Source: Macrostomum lignano (taxonomy: Eukaryota). From it: a DNA stretch of 64,000 nucleotides. Where the stretch lies: NCBI GenBank assembly GCA_002269645.1, contig NIVC01000438.1, positions 1-64,000 on the forward strand. The letters run 5' to 3'. Shown piece after piece: positions 25,005-39,410 of this stretch. The position numbers and the translations under genes are program-made. The notes under the pieces were generated by a model. The model was not told the origin of the DNA, made no database searches, and was given only the letters and a program-made list of their open reading frames with translations. Positions within the stretch are counted from its first letter, which is position 1. Every line of letters begins with the position of its first letter.

Positions 25005-27415
25005 GATTACTGCACTCGATAAGCTAAGGATTATTGCTATTAATAAACCAAGGACTACTGCACTCGATAAGCCAAGGATTATTGCTATTAATAAACCAAG
25101 GATTACTGCACTCGATAAGCCAAGGATTATTGCTATTAATAAACCAAGGACTACTGCACTCGATAAACCAAGGACTATTGCTCTTGGCAAACCAAAGATT
25201 ACTGCACTTGATTAATCAAGGATTATTGCTATTAATAAACCAAGGATTACGGCACTTGGAAAACCAAGGATTACTGCACTCGATAAACCAAGGACTATTG
25301 CTCTTGGCAAACCAAGGATTACTGCACTCAAGAAGCCAAGAATTATTGCACTTGGAAAACCAAGGATTAATGCACTCGATAAACCAAGGACTATTGCTCT
25401 TGGCAAACCAAGGATTACTGCACTCAAGAAGCCAAGGATTATTGCTATTAATAAACCAAGGATTACTGCACTTGGAAAACCAAGGATTACTGCACTCGAT
25501 AAACCAAGGACTATTGCTCTTGGCAAACCAAGGATTACTGCACTCAAGAAGCCAAGGATTATTGCACTTGGAAAACCAAGGATTACTGCACTCGATAAAC
25601 CAAGGACTATTGCACTTGATAGGCCAAAGATTACTGCGCTTGATAAACCAAGGATTATTGCACTTGATAAACCAAGGATTATTGCACTTGATAAGCCAAG
25701 GATTACTGCGCTTGATAAACCAAGGATTATTGCACTTGATAAACAAAGGATTAGTGCACTTGATAAACAAAGGATTATTGCACTTGATAAACAAAGGATT
25801 ATTGCACTTGATAAACAAAGGATTATTGCACTTGATAAACAAAGGATTATTGCACTTGATAAACCAAGGATTATTGCACTTGATAAGCCAAGGATTATTG
25901 CACTTGATAAGCCATGGATTATTGCACTTGATAGTAAAGAATGTTGCACTTGATAAGCCAAGGATTAATGCACTGGATTATTCAAGGATTATTGATATTA
26001 ATAAACCAAGGACTACTGCACTTGATAAACAAAGGATTATTGCACTTGATAAACAAAGGATTATTGCACTTGATAAACAAAGGATTATTGCACTTGATAA
26101 ACAAAGGATTATTGCACTTGATAAACCAAGGATTATTGCACTTGATAAGCCAAGGATTATTGCACTTGATAAGCCATGGATTATTGCACTTGATAGTAAA
26201 GAATGTTGCACTTGATAAGCCAAGGATTAATGCACTGGATTATTCAAGGATTATTGATATTAATAAACCAAGGACTACTGCACTCGATAAACCAAGGATT
26301 ATTGCTCTTAATAAACCAAGGATTATTGCAGTTGATAAGCCAAGGATTATTGCATCTGATAAACCAAGGATTATTGCAGTTGATAAGCCAAGGATTATTG
26401 CATCTGATAAACCAAGGATTATTGCACTTGATAAACCAAGGATTATTGCACTTGATAAACCAAGGATTATTGCACTTGATAAACCAAGGATTATTGCTCT
26501 TGGCAAACCAAGGATTACTGCACTCGATAAGCCAAGGATTATTGCTCTTAATAAACCAAGGATTACTGCACTTGGAAAACTAAGGATTACTGCACTCGAT
26601 AAACTAAGGATTATTGCTCTTGGCAAACCAAGGATTATTGCACTTGATAGGCCAAGGATTACTGCACTTGATAAACCAAGGATTATTGCACTTGATAAAC
26701 CAAGGATTATTGCACTTGATAAGCCAAGGATTATTGCACTTGATAGGCCAAGGATTACTGCGCTTGATAAACCAAGGACTATTGCACTTGATAAACCAAG
26801 GATTATTGCAGTTGATAAGCCAAGGATTATTGCACTTGATAAACCAAGGATTATTGCACTTGATAAACCAAGGATTATTGCACTTGATAAACCAAGGATT
26901 ATTGCACTTGATAGGCCAAGGATTACTGCACTTGATAAACCAAGGATTATTGCACTTGATAGGCCAAAGATTACTGCGCTTGATAAACCAAGGATTATTG
27001 CAGTTGATAAGCCAAGGATTATTGCACTTGATAAACCAAGGATTATTTCACTTGATAAACCAAGGATTATTGCACTTGATAAACAAATATTGCACTTGAT
27101 AAACCAAGGATTATTGCACCTGATAAGCCAAGGATTACTGCGCTAGATAAACCAAGGATTATTGCATTTGATAAACCAAGGATTATTGCACTTAATAAAC
27201 CAAGGATTATTGCACTTGATAAACCAAGGATTATTGCACTTGATAAACAAAGGATTATTGCACTTGATAAACCAAGGATTATTGCACTTGATAAGCCAAA
27301 GATTACTGCACTTGATAAACCAAGGATTATTGCACTTGATAAACCAAGGATTATTGCACTTGATTAATCAAGGATTATTGCTATTAATAAACCAAGGATT
27401 ATTGCACTAGCTGAG
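25005..27415. repeat. 24-bp minisatellite (AAACCAAGGATTATTGCACTTGAT)n inside C
   Basis: Directly visible; produces the LINQGLLH / DKPRIIAL periodic ORFs. Confidence 0.95.
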
Positions 27416-28327
27416 AAGCTGATTACTGCGCTGTCTAAAAAAGAGATTATTGCGCTCGCTGAGACGTGGATTGTTGCACAACCTGAGAAAGCGATTATTG
27501 CATTAGCGGAAGTAACATTTGCACTAGCTACTTGCTGTCTCGTGGATGCTTGCTCTCGAGGGGGGATACTTGCTATTTGAGAGAGGGGGTACTGGCTACA
27601 TGCATGGGATTCTTTCTATCCAGGGATGCTTGCTATTCAGGGATTCTTGCTATCTGCAGGATGCTTGCTATTTAGGGATTCTTGCTATCTGCAGGATGCT
27701 TGCTATCTGGGTGGATGCTTCTATAATATCTGGGGGGTGCTTGCTATCTGCAGAATGCTTCTATAATATCTGGGGGGTGCTTGCTATCTGGGTGGATGCT
27801 TCTATAATATCTGGGGGGTGCTTGCTATCTGGGTGGATGCTTCTATAATATCTGGGGGGTGCTTGCTATCTGCAGGATGCTTCTATAATATCTGGGGGGT
27901 GCTTGCTATCTGCAGAATGCTTGCTATCTGGGTGGATGCTTGCTATCTGGGTGGATGCTTCTATAATATCTGGGGGATGCTTGCTAATCTGCAGATGCTT
28001 GCTATCTGTGGTGATTCTTGCTATGAGCATTAGAGGATGCTTGCTATCTGCGATTGTTCACTTTTGGAGGGGGTTGCTTGCTGTCTTGGGAATATTTTCT
28101 ATTTAGGGAAACGATATTTTGTTGACTGTTTGTTAATTTTAGAGAAAAAGTGATTTTTTAATTTTGCAAACATCTTAGTCCGTGACAATTTTACACGAAT
28201 AAGGTGATTTTTAAAATGTGAAGAAGGAATTAGCGTTTAAGAAAATGTGTTTTTTTATTGTTTTCCATGAACTATTTTTGCTCCTTTCTTATTGGGCGCC
28301 CCGAAGGGGGGCCGCACTAGATTGCTA

Positions 28328-28360
28328 TCCTTCCTATATACTAAAAATGGTCTGTCTGTG

Positions 28361-28393
<33 letters not shown>

Positions 28394-31388
28394 GTGATCG
28401 ATTAGAGAAAAAATGGCTGGACCGATTTTGTTCAAACTTGCACTGTTCGATCAGAAATTTTCCCGTGACTGTACATGCATCGCGGCTAAGAAATTGCTCG
28501 ATGCTAAAGGCATTAAATATTCGAAAAAACATGCTTTTTTGCAAAGGTCAAGCAAACTTTTCGACTTGAAATGCATTGTAAGAATGCTAGAGAAAAAACT
28601 GACTGGTTGAATTCTGGTTCTGAAATAGATTGCATCATCACTGAATTGTAACTCCGACTTGAATTGAAAATGCAGTGTGGAAGCGTAGCACCAGACTTGA
28701 TTTAAATTGCGTAACCATATTGTTAACTGATACTGACTGACTGAGAAACTGATTATGTCATAACTGCTTCGTGTGATTTACTCTATGCTTGGATTTTAAA
28801 CTGTTGAATTATATATATATATAAGTGCAAAATTTGATGTTATCAAAAAGATGAGAACTAGCCTAGAGGTGAACAGACTGAACTGCTAAATGCAGCGACG
28901 ATGGTTCGAATTTTCATAGAGTATAATTTTTTTAATTAAAGCTTTTCAACGTCAGGAAAACTAAAAGACTTTTTAAAAAGAAGCGTCATGTAAAAATCAT
29001 AGTAGCGTCATGTAAAAAATCGTAGAAGCGTCATATAAAAAATTATAGAAGCGTCATATAAAAATCATAGATGCGTCATTTAAAAAATCATAGAAGCATC
29101 ATATAAAAATCATAGATGCGTCATTTAAAAAACCATAGAAGCATCATGGAAACAATCATAGAAGCGTCATTTAAAAAATCATAGAAGCATCATATAAAAA
29201 TCATAGAAGCGTCATGTAAAAAATCATAGAAGCGTCATGTAAACAATTATAGAAGCGTCATGTAAAAAAATCATAGAAGCGTCATGTAAACAATCATAGA
29301 AGCGTCATGTAAACAATCATAGAAGCGTCATGTAAACAATCATAGAAGCGTCATGTAAACAATCATAGAAGCGTCATGTAAACAATCATAGAAGCGTCAT
29401 GTAAAAAATCGTAGAAGCGTCATTTAAAAAATCATAGAAGCGTCATGCAAAAATCATAGATGCGTCATTTAAAAAATCATGGAAGCGTCATGTAAACAAT
29501 CATAGAAGCGTCATGTAAAAAATCATAGAAGCGTCATATAAAAATCATAGATGCATCATAGATGCCTAGAGGTGAACAGACTGAACTGCTAAATGCAGCG
29601 ACGATGGTTCGAATTTTCATAGAGTATAATTTTTTTAATTAAAGCTTTTCAACGTCAGGAAAACTAAAAGACTTTTTAAAAAGAAGCGTCATGTAAAAAT
29701 CATAGTAGCGTCATGTAAAAAATCGTAGAAGCGTCATATAAAAAATTATAGAAGCGTCATATAAAAATCATAGATGCGTCATTTAAAAAATCATAGAAGC
29801 ATCATATAAAAATCATAGATGCGTCATTTAAAAAATCATAGAAGCATCATGTAAACAATCATAGAAGCGTCATTTAAAAAATCATAGAAGCATCATATAA
29901 AAATCATAGATGCGTCATTTAAAAAATCATAGAAGCATCATGTAAACAATCATAGAAGCGTCATTTAAAAAATCATAGAAGCGTCATATAAAAATCATAG
30001 ATGCGTCATTTAAAAAATCATGGAAGCGTCATGTAAACAATCATAGAAGCGTCATGTGAAAATCATAGAAGCGTCACGTAAAGAATCATAGAAGCGTCAT
30101 GTAAACAATCATAGAAGCGTCATGTAAACAATCATAGAAGCGTCATGTAAAAAATCATAGAAGCGTCATGTAAACAATTATAGAAGCGTCATGTAAACAA
30201 TCATAGAAGCGTCATGTAAAAATCGTAGAAGCGTCATTTAAAAATCATAGAAAATCATAAAAATCAAAAATTAAATGCAGCTATAATGCTGTGCTGGGGA
30301 GAAAAACTGAGACGTAAAGGCTCTCAGAGAATAACTGCTGAGATTACGGGGGGGTTTCTGAGATGTCAAAGCAAAAGTCAGAAGCTACTTCAAAGTTCAT
30401 GTACTTTACTCAATTTTTTTATTGCATTCTTTGTTGGCTCGCCACGGGAGGCGCTTATAGAAGAAGAGTCATGTAAAAAATAAAAGTAGCACTACGAGCG
30501 TATGTACGAGCTATACATAAAAGAAAAGTCATGTTCAAGTTAAAAGATTCATTTGGGAATTGCTACGATGTCAAAGCTTGGTGGAAATCGTTATAGTGCT
30601 GTGATTCTTAAAGAAGGAATCACTAAAATGTCAAGGCTTAGGGGAGAAGAATTGCTGAGATTTCAAGGCTTTAGGTTGGGTTAAAGTTAGGTTTAGGTCA
30701 GGTGTGGGTTGAGGGTTATATTTTATCGGGTTTCAAGGTTAACAGAATAACAGGGGATTTTTTAGATTTCAAGGTTTATGGAGGCCATCGCTGACATGTT
30801 AAGGCTTACGGGGGGAATAGCTGAGATGTCAAGGCTCACGGGGTATAAATGAGATTTCAAGGCTAAAGTCAGAAGCTACATGTAGTTTATTGAAAACTTT
30901 TTATTACATTATTTGATGCCTCCTCAGGGGAGGGATCGCTGATAAAAAAAGCGTAATGTAAAAAATAAAAGAAGCTTCATGTCGAAGTTAAGAGATTCAT
31001 TTGGGAATCCCTACGATGTCGAGGCTTGCAGGAAATCGCTATAATGCTGTAGTAGTGCTATAGTGACTCTTAGAGAGAATTACTGAAATTTCAATGTTAG
31101 GTTAGGGTTAGGGTTAGGGTTAGGGCTAGGGTTAGGGTTAGGGTTAGGCTAGAGTTAGAAGGTTGACAGATATTTTTAGATTTCCAAGGCTTATTGGGGG
31201 CATTGCTGAGATGTCAAGGGGGGAAGTTGATATGTCAAAGCTTGTGGGGGGGGGGGGGAAATTACTGACATGTCAAGGCTTACAAGGTTTGACAGGAGAT
31301 TTTTTAAGATTTCAAGGATACATGTAGCTTATTAAAAAAACGTGTATTGCATTTATTTGGCTCCCCAACGGGGGGCGTAGATTGCTAG
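28328..31388 (+). mobile_element. Helitron-like element D (A/F subfamily) with an internal duplication
   Basis: 5' TCCTTCCTATATACTAAAAATGG plus (CTAT)n; 3' CTCCCCAACGGGGGGCGTAGATTGCTAG. Confidence 0.85.
31096..31152 (+). repeat. Interstitial telomere-like (TTAGGG)n tract inside D
   Basis: Directly visible; equivalent tracts at 17269-17295 (as CCCTAA), 38796-38829 and 43444-43499. Confidence 0.9.
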
Positions 31389-34300
31389 TCTAATATACTA
31401 AAAATGAAATGCTTGGTTGCTTGCTTGTAATTGATTTTCTCCCGAACGGCTCAACCGATTTTCTTCAAACTTGCACCATTCGATCAGAAATTTTCCCGGG
31501 ACGGTACATGCATATTGGCTAAGAAATTGCTCAATGTTAAAGGGATTAAATATTCGAAAAACATGATTTTTTGCAAAGGTCAAGCAGCTCTTTCGACCTG
31601 AAATGCATTGTAAGAATGCTAGAGAAAAATCTGACTGGTTGAATTCTGATTCTGAAATAGATTGCATCACAATACACTTTATTTATCGTCTGTGTACTGG
31701 CTGAATTTGACACTCAATTGAATTGCGTCACAGCTTTGAGGGTGAAAGTATAGTGCAGTACTGAATTTATATTACGTAACCATATTGTTAACTTTCATAG
31801 ACACTGGTACTGACTTGCCTAAGAAATTGATTATGTCATAACTGCTTCGCGTGACTTTTTACTCTACCTGACTTGGTGTGAGTGTTGAATTATATAAGTG
31901 GTACAAATTCACTGATAACTTCGATGAGAGCTAGCCTAGAGCTGAGCAGACCAGACTGCTAATGCAGCGACCTGGGTTCGAATCTAAGTAGTTTAAAAGT
32001 AGTAGTGTAAAATTTTTTATTAAAAGCTTTTATTAAAGGACTAAATAAAAACACTTAGATTACCGCACTCGATAAGCTAAGGATTATTGCTCTTGGCAAA
32101 CCAAGGAATACTGCACTCGATAAGCCAAGGATTATTGCTCTTGGCAAACCAAGGATTACTGCACTCGATAAGCCATGGATTATTGCTATTAATAAACCAA
32201 GGATTACTGCACTCGATAAGCCAAGGATTATTGCTATTAATAAACCATGAATTACTGCACTCGATAAGCCAAGGATTATTGCTATTAATAAACCAAGGAT
32301 TACTGCACTCATAAGCCATGGATTATTGCTATTAATAAACCAAGGATTACTGCACTCGATAAACCAAGGATTATTGCTATTAATAAACCAAGGATTACTG
32401 CACTCGATAAACCAAGGATTATTGCTATTAATAAACCAAGGATTACTGCACTCGATAAGCCAAGGACTATTGCTATTAATAAACCAAGGATTACTGCACT
32501 CAATAAACCAAGGACTATTGCTCTTGGCAAACCAAGGATTACTGCACTCGATAAGCCAAGGACTATTGCTCTTGGCAAACCAAGGATTACTGCACTCGAT
32601 AAGCCATGGATTATTGCTATTAATAAACCAAGGATTACTGCACTCGATAAGCCAAGGATTATTGCTATTAATAAACTAAGGATTATGCACTTGGCAAACC
32701 AAGGATTACTGCAATCGATAAGCCAAGGATTACTGCTATTAATAAACCAAGGATTATGCACTTGGCAAACCAAGGATTACTGCAATCGATAAGCCAAGGA
32801 TTATTGCTATTAATAAACCAAGCATTACTGCACTCAATAAACCAAGGACTATTGCTATTAATAAACCAAGGATTACTGCACTCAAAAAACCAAGGACTAT
32901 TGCTCTTGGCAAACCAAGGATTACTGCACTCGATAAGCCAAGGATTATTGCTATTAATAAACCAAGGATTACTGCACTCGATAAGCCAAGGATTATTGCT
33001 ATTAATAAACCAAGGATTAATGCACTCGATAAACCAAGGATTATTGCTATTAATAAACCAAGGATTACTGCACTCGATAAGCCAAGGATTATTGCTATTA
33101 ATAAACCAAGGATTATGCACTTGGCAAACCAAGGATTACTGCACTCGATAAGCCAAGGATTATTGCTATTAATAAACCAAGGATTACTGCACTCAATAAA
33201 CCAAGGACTATTGCTATTAATAAACCAAGGATTACTGCACTCAATAAACCAAGGACTATTGCTCTTGGCAAACCAAGGATTACTGCACTCGATAAGCCAA
33301 GGACTATTGCTCTTGGCAAACCAAGGATTACTGCACTCGATAAGCCAAGGATTATTGCTATTAATAAACCAAGGATTACTGCACTCGATAAACCAAGGAT
33401 TATTCACTTGGCAAACCAAGGATTACTGCACTCGATAAGCCAAGGATTATTGCTATTAATAAACCAAGGATTACTGCACTCAATAAACCAAGGACTATTG
33501 CTATTAATAAACCAAGGATTACTGCACTCAATAAACCAAGGACTATTGCTCTTGGCAAACCAAGGATTACTGCACTCGATAAGCCAAGGACTATTGCTCT
33601 TGGCAAACCAAGGATTACTGCACTCGATAAGCCATGGATTATTGCTATTAATAAACCAAGGATTACTGCACTCGATAAGCCAAGGATTATTGCTATTAAT
33701 AAACCAAGGATTACTGCACTCGATAAACCAAGGATTATTGCTATTAATAAACCAAGGATTACTGCACTCGATAAGCCAAGGATTATTGCTATTAATAAAC
33801 CAAGGATTACTGCACTCGATAAACCAAGGATTATTGCTATTAATAAACCAAGGATTACTGCACTCCATAAGCCAAGGACTATTGCTATTAATAAACCAAG
33901 GATTACTGCACTCAATAAACCAAGGACTATTGCTCTTGGCAAACCAAGGATTACTGCACTCGATAAGCCAAGGACTATTGCTCTTGGCAAACCAAGGATT
34001 ACTGCACTCGATAAGCCATGGATTATTGCTATTAATAAACCAAGGATTACTGCACTCGATAAGCCAAGGATTATTGCTATTAATAAACTAAGGATTATGC
34101 ACTTGGCAAACCAAGGATTACTGCAATCGATAAGCCAAGGATTACTGCTATTAATAAACCAAGGATTATGCACTTGGCAAACCAAGGATTACTGCAATCG
34201 ATAAGCCAAGGATTATTGCTATTAATAAACCAAGCATTACTGCACTCAATAAACCAAGGACTATTGCTATTAATAAACCAAGGATTACTGCACTCAAAAA

Positions 34301-37300
34301 CCAAGGACTATTGCTCTTGGCAAACCAAGGATTACTGCACTCGATAAGCCAAGGATTATTGCTATTAATAAACCAAGGATTACTGCACTCGATAAGCCAA
34401 GGATTATTGCTATTAATAAACCAAGGATTAATGCACTCGATAAACCAAGGATTATTGCTATTAATAAACCAAGGATTACTGCACTCGATAAGCCAAGGAT
34501 TATTGCTATTAATAAACCAAGGATTATGCACTTGGCAAACCAAGGATTACTGCACTCGATAAGCCAAGGATTATTGCTATTAATAAACCAAGGATTACTG
34601 CACTCAATAAACCAAGGACTATTGCTATTAATAAACCAAGGATTACTGCACTCAATAAACCAAGGACTATTGCTCTTGGCAAACCAAGGATTACTGCACT
34701 CGATAAGCCAAGGATTATTGCTCTTGGCAAACCAAGGATTACTGCACTCGATAAGCCAAGGATTATTGCTATTAATAAACCAAGGATTACTGCACTCGAT
34801 AAACCAAGGATTATGCACTTAAACCAAGGATTACTGCACTCGATAAGCCAAGGATTATTGCTATTAATAAACCAAGGATTACTGCACTCAATAAACCAAG
34901 GACTATTGCTATTAATAAACCAAGGATTACTGCACTCATAAACCAAGGACTATTGCTCTTGGCAAACCAAGGATTACTGCACTCGATAAGCCAAGGACTA
35001 TTGCTCTTGGCAAACCAAGGATTACTGCACTCGATAAGCCAAGGATTATTGCTATTAATAAACCAAGGATTACTGCACTCGATAAGCCAAGGATTATTGC
35101 TATTAATAAACCAAGGATTACTGCACTCGATAAACCAAGGATTATTGCTATTAATAAACCAAGGATTACTGCACTCGATAAACCAAGGATTATTGCTATT
35201 AATAAACCAAGGATTACTGCACTCAATAAACCAAGGACTATTGCTCTTGGCAAACCAAGGATTACTGCACTCGATAAGCCAAGGACTATTGCTCTTGGCA
35301 AACCAAGGATTACTGCACTCGATAAGCCATGGATTATTGCTATTAATAAACCAAGGATTACTGCACTCGATAAGCCAAGGATTATTGCTATTAATAAACT
35401 AAGGATTATGCACTTGGCAAACCAAGGATTACTGCAATCGATAAGCCAAGGATTACTGCTATTAATAAACCAAGGATTATGCACTTGGCAAACCAAGGAT
35501 TACTGCAATCGAAAAGCCGAGGATTATTGCTATTAATAAACCAAGCATTAATGCACTCAATAAACCAAGGACTATTGCTATTAATAAACCAATGATTACT
35601 GCACTTAAAAAACCAAGGACTATTGCTCTTGGCAAACCAAGGATTACTGCACTCGATAAGCCAAGGATTATTGCTATTAATAAACCAAGGATTACTGCAC
35701 TCGATAAGCCAAGGATTATTGCTATTAATAAACCAAGGATTAATGCACTCGATAAACCAAGGATTATTGCTATTAATAAACCAAGGATTACTGCACTCGA
35801 TAAGCCAAGGATTATTGCTATTAATAAACCAAGGATTATGCACTTGGCAAACCAAGGATTACTGCACTCGATAAGCCAAGGATTATTGCTATTAATAAAC
35901 CAAGGATTACTGCACTCAATAAACCAAGGACTATTGCTATTAATAAACCAAGGATTACTGCACTCAATAAACCAAGGACTATTGCTATTAATAAACCAAG
36001 GATTACTGCACTCAATAAACCAAGGACTATTGCTCTTGGCAAACCAAGGATTACTGCACTCGATAAGCCATGGATTATTGCTATTAATAAACCAAGGATT
36101 ACTGCACTCGATAAGCCAAGGATTATTGCTATTAATAAACCAAGGATTACTGCACTCGATAAACCAAGGATTATTGCTATTAATAAACCAAGGATTATGC
36201 ACTTGGCAAACCAAGGATTACTGCACTCGATAAGCCAAGGATTATTGCTATTAATAAACCAAGGATTACTGCACTCGATAAGGCATGGAATATTGCTATT
36301 AATAAACCAAGGATTACTGCACTCGATAAGCCAAGGATTATTGCTATTAATAAACCATGAATTACTGCACTCGATAAGCCAAGGATTATTGCTATTAATA
36401 AACCAAGGATTACTGCACTCGATAAGCCATGGATTATTGCTATTAATAAACCAAGGATTACTGCACTCGATAGCCAAGGATTACTGCGCTTGATAAGCTT
36501 GGCTACATGTATAGGATTATTTCTATCCAGGGATGCTTGCTATTTAGGGATTCTTGCTATGTGCAGGATGCTTGCTATCTGGAAGGATGCTTCTACATTA
36601 TTTGGGGTATGCTTGCTATCTGCAAGATGCTTGCTATCTGCAAGATGCTTGCTATCTGCAGATGCTTGCTATCTGGGTGGATGCTTGCTAGGAGTATTAG
36701 GGGATGCTTGCTACTGGGGGATGCTTGCTGTCTTGGGAATATTTTCTATTTAGGGGTAATGACTAAAATTCATGAGAGCTAGCCTAGAGGTAAACAGACT
36801 AAACTGCTAAATGCAGGGACGATGGTTCGAATTTTTAGAGAGTAGAGTTTTTTTAATTAAAGCCTTTTAACGCCAAGACAAAAAAAATTATGGAAGCGTC
36901 ATGTAAACAATCATAGAAGCGTCATGTAAAAATCATAGAAGCGTCATGTAAACAATCATAGAAGCGTCATGTAAAAATCATAGAAGCGTCATGTAAAAAT
37001 CATAGAAGCGTAATGTAAACAATCATAGAAGCGTCATGTTAAAATCATAAAAGCGTCATGTAAACAATCATACAAGCGTCATGTAAACAATCATAGAAGC
37101 GTCATGTAAAAAAATCATAGAAGCGTCATGTTAAAATCATAAAAGCGTCATAAAAAATCATAGAAGCGTCATGCAAGCAATCATAGAAGCGTAATGTAAA
37201 CAATCATAGAAGCGTCATGTTAAAATCATACAAGCGTCATGTAAACAATCATACAAGCGTCATGTAAACAATCATAGAAGCGTCATGTAAAAAATCATAG

Positions 37301-39410
37301 AAGCGTCATGTTAAAATCATAGAAGCGTCATGTAAACAATCATAGAAGCGTCATGTAAAAATCATAGAAGCGTCATGTAAAAATCATAGAAGCGTCATGT
37401 AAAAATCATAGAAGCGTCATGTAAAAATCATAGAAGCGTCATGTAAACAATCATAAAAACGTCATGTAAACAATCATAGAAGCGTCATGTATACAATCAT
37501 AGAAGCGTCATGTAAACAATCATAGAAGCGTCATGTATACAATCATAGAAGCGTCATGTAAAAATCATAGAAGCGTCATGTAACAATCATAGAAGCGTCA
37601 TGTAAAAATCATAGAAGCGTCATGTAAAAATCATAGAAGCGTCATGTAAAAATCATAGAAGCGTCATGTAAAAAATCATAGAAGCGTCATGTAAAAATCA
37701 TAAAAGCGTCATGTAAAAAATCATAGAAGCGTCATGTAAACAATCATACAAGCGTCATGTAAACAATCATAGAAGCGTCATGTAAAAATCATACAAGCGT
37801 CATGTAAACAAGCATAGAAGCGTCATGAAAAAATTATAGAAGCCTCATATAAAAACTAATGAAAGTGTGTCATTTAAAAAATTAAGAAGCATCATGGAAG
37901 AATAAAAGAAGCGTAACGTAAAAATCAAAAGAAGCGTCATGTCAGACATGAAAGAAATGTCATATAAAAATTAAATGAAGCTATAGTACAGTGCTGTGCT
38001 GGGGAGAACTACTGAGACGTCAAGGCTCACAGAGAATAACTGAGATTACAGGGGGGTTTCTGAGATGTTAAAGCAAAAGTCAGAAGCTACTTCAAAGTAC
38101 ATGTACTTTACTTAAGTTTTTTATTGCATTCTTTGTTGGCTTGCCACGGTGGGGGGGGGCGCTGATAGAAGAAGAGTCATGTAAAAATAAAAGGAGCACT
38201 ATGTATACATAAAATAAAAGTCATGTCAAAGTTAAAAGATTCATTTGGGAATTGCTACGATGTCAAAGCTTGGAGGGAATCGTTATAGTGCTGTGATTCT
38301 TAAAGAAGGAATCACTTAAATGCCAAGGCTTAGGGAAGAAGAATTGCTGTGATTTCAAGGCTTTAGGTTGGGTGAAAGTTAGGTTTACGTCAGGTTTGGG
38401 TTGAGGGTTAGATTTTAGCGCGTTTCAAGGTTAACAGGGGATTTTTTAGATTTCAAGGTTTATGGGGGGCATCGCTGACATGTCAAGGCTTACGAGGGGA
38501 ATCTATCTATCTATCTATAGCTGAGATGTCAAGGCTCACGGGGGAATAAATGAGATGTCAAGGCTAATGTCAGAAGCTACATGTAGTTTATTGGAAAAAA
38601 GTTATTACATTATTTGTTGGCTCCTCACGGGAGGGATCGCTGATAGAAAAAGCGTAATGTAAAAAAAAAGAAGCTTCATGTCAAAGTTAAGAGATTCATT
38701 TGGGAATCCCTACGATGTCGAGGCTTGCAGGGAATCGCTATAATGCTGTAGTAGTGCTATAGACTCTTAGAGAGAATTACTGAAATTTCAATGCTTTAGG
38801 GTTAGGGTTAGGGTTAGGGTTAGGGTTAGAAAATAGACAGATTTTTTAAGATTTCAAGGCTTGTGGGAGCATTGCTGAGATGTCAAGGGGGGAGTTGATA
38901 TGTTAAGGCTTGTGGGGGGGATTGCTGACATGTCAAGGCTTACAAGGGTACTGGTAGCGTACTGAAGCATACTGGTAGAAGTAGCTCTGAAAGAAGGCAA
39001 GTATGGTTGAATTTCAATGTCTGTTATAAAATTCTGCACAAACATGTTTTATTGGTACATAAGCCTGGAATTAAAATGAGAATTCGATTCCTAGCCCCCC
39101 TCCCTAAGAATTTTTTTTCATTTAAAAGGATTCGTCCCTTGCTTATTGGCCACCCCGAAGGCCATTTTTTATCAAAAATGATAAAAATAATTTTTATCAA
39201 ACACGTTGACATATACAGGGCTCTAAACTAAAAACTGTAAAAAGTTGATAGTTTTGTTTTACCTAAAATGCGTTATTAACGATCTCCAAAAATTCCTATT
39301 TTAAGCTTAAGCTTAAGAAAAACACTTAAAGTACTCCTGCTAAAAGGTATATTATATTAGACGAATATTAATTATTTCTGCTCCCCGAAGGGGGGCAAAA
39401 CTTTAGCTAG
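31389..39410 (+). mobile_element. Helitron-like element E, a chimera of C-type 5' part and A/F-type 3' part with its own terminus
   Basis: 5' TCTAATATACTAAAAATG directly after the CTAG of D; 3' CTCCCCGAAGGGGGG-CAAAACTTTAGCTAG. Confidence 0.85.
32058..36495. repeat. 24-bp minisatellite inside E (48-bp dimers) with a 1.3-1.4 kb higher-order repeat
   Basis: Directly visible; identical ORF starts recur at 32773/34185/35496 and 33132/34543/35855. Confidence 0.95.

Larger units (their letters stand above)
24316..28320 (+). mobile_element. Helitron-like element C (24-bp minisatellite subfamily)
   Basis: 5' TCTTCCAATATACTAAAAATGG plus (GT)n; 3' GCCCCGAAGGGGGG-CCGCACTAG. Confidence 0.8.

Noticed and set aside
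25002-36493. Many long ORFs (up to 401 aa) with LINQGLLH / DKPRIIAL / GLSSAVIL repeats that look like LRR or membrane proteins
   Set aside because: They are translations of a 24-bp minisatellite, open in several frames on both strands, with no splice signals or unique coding flanks.
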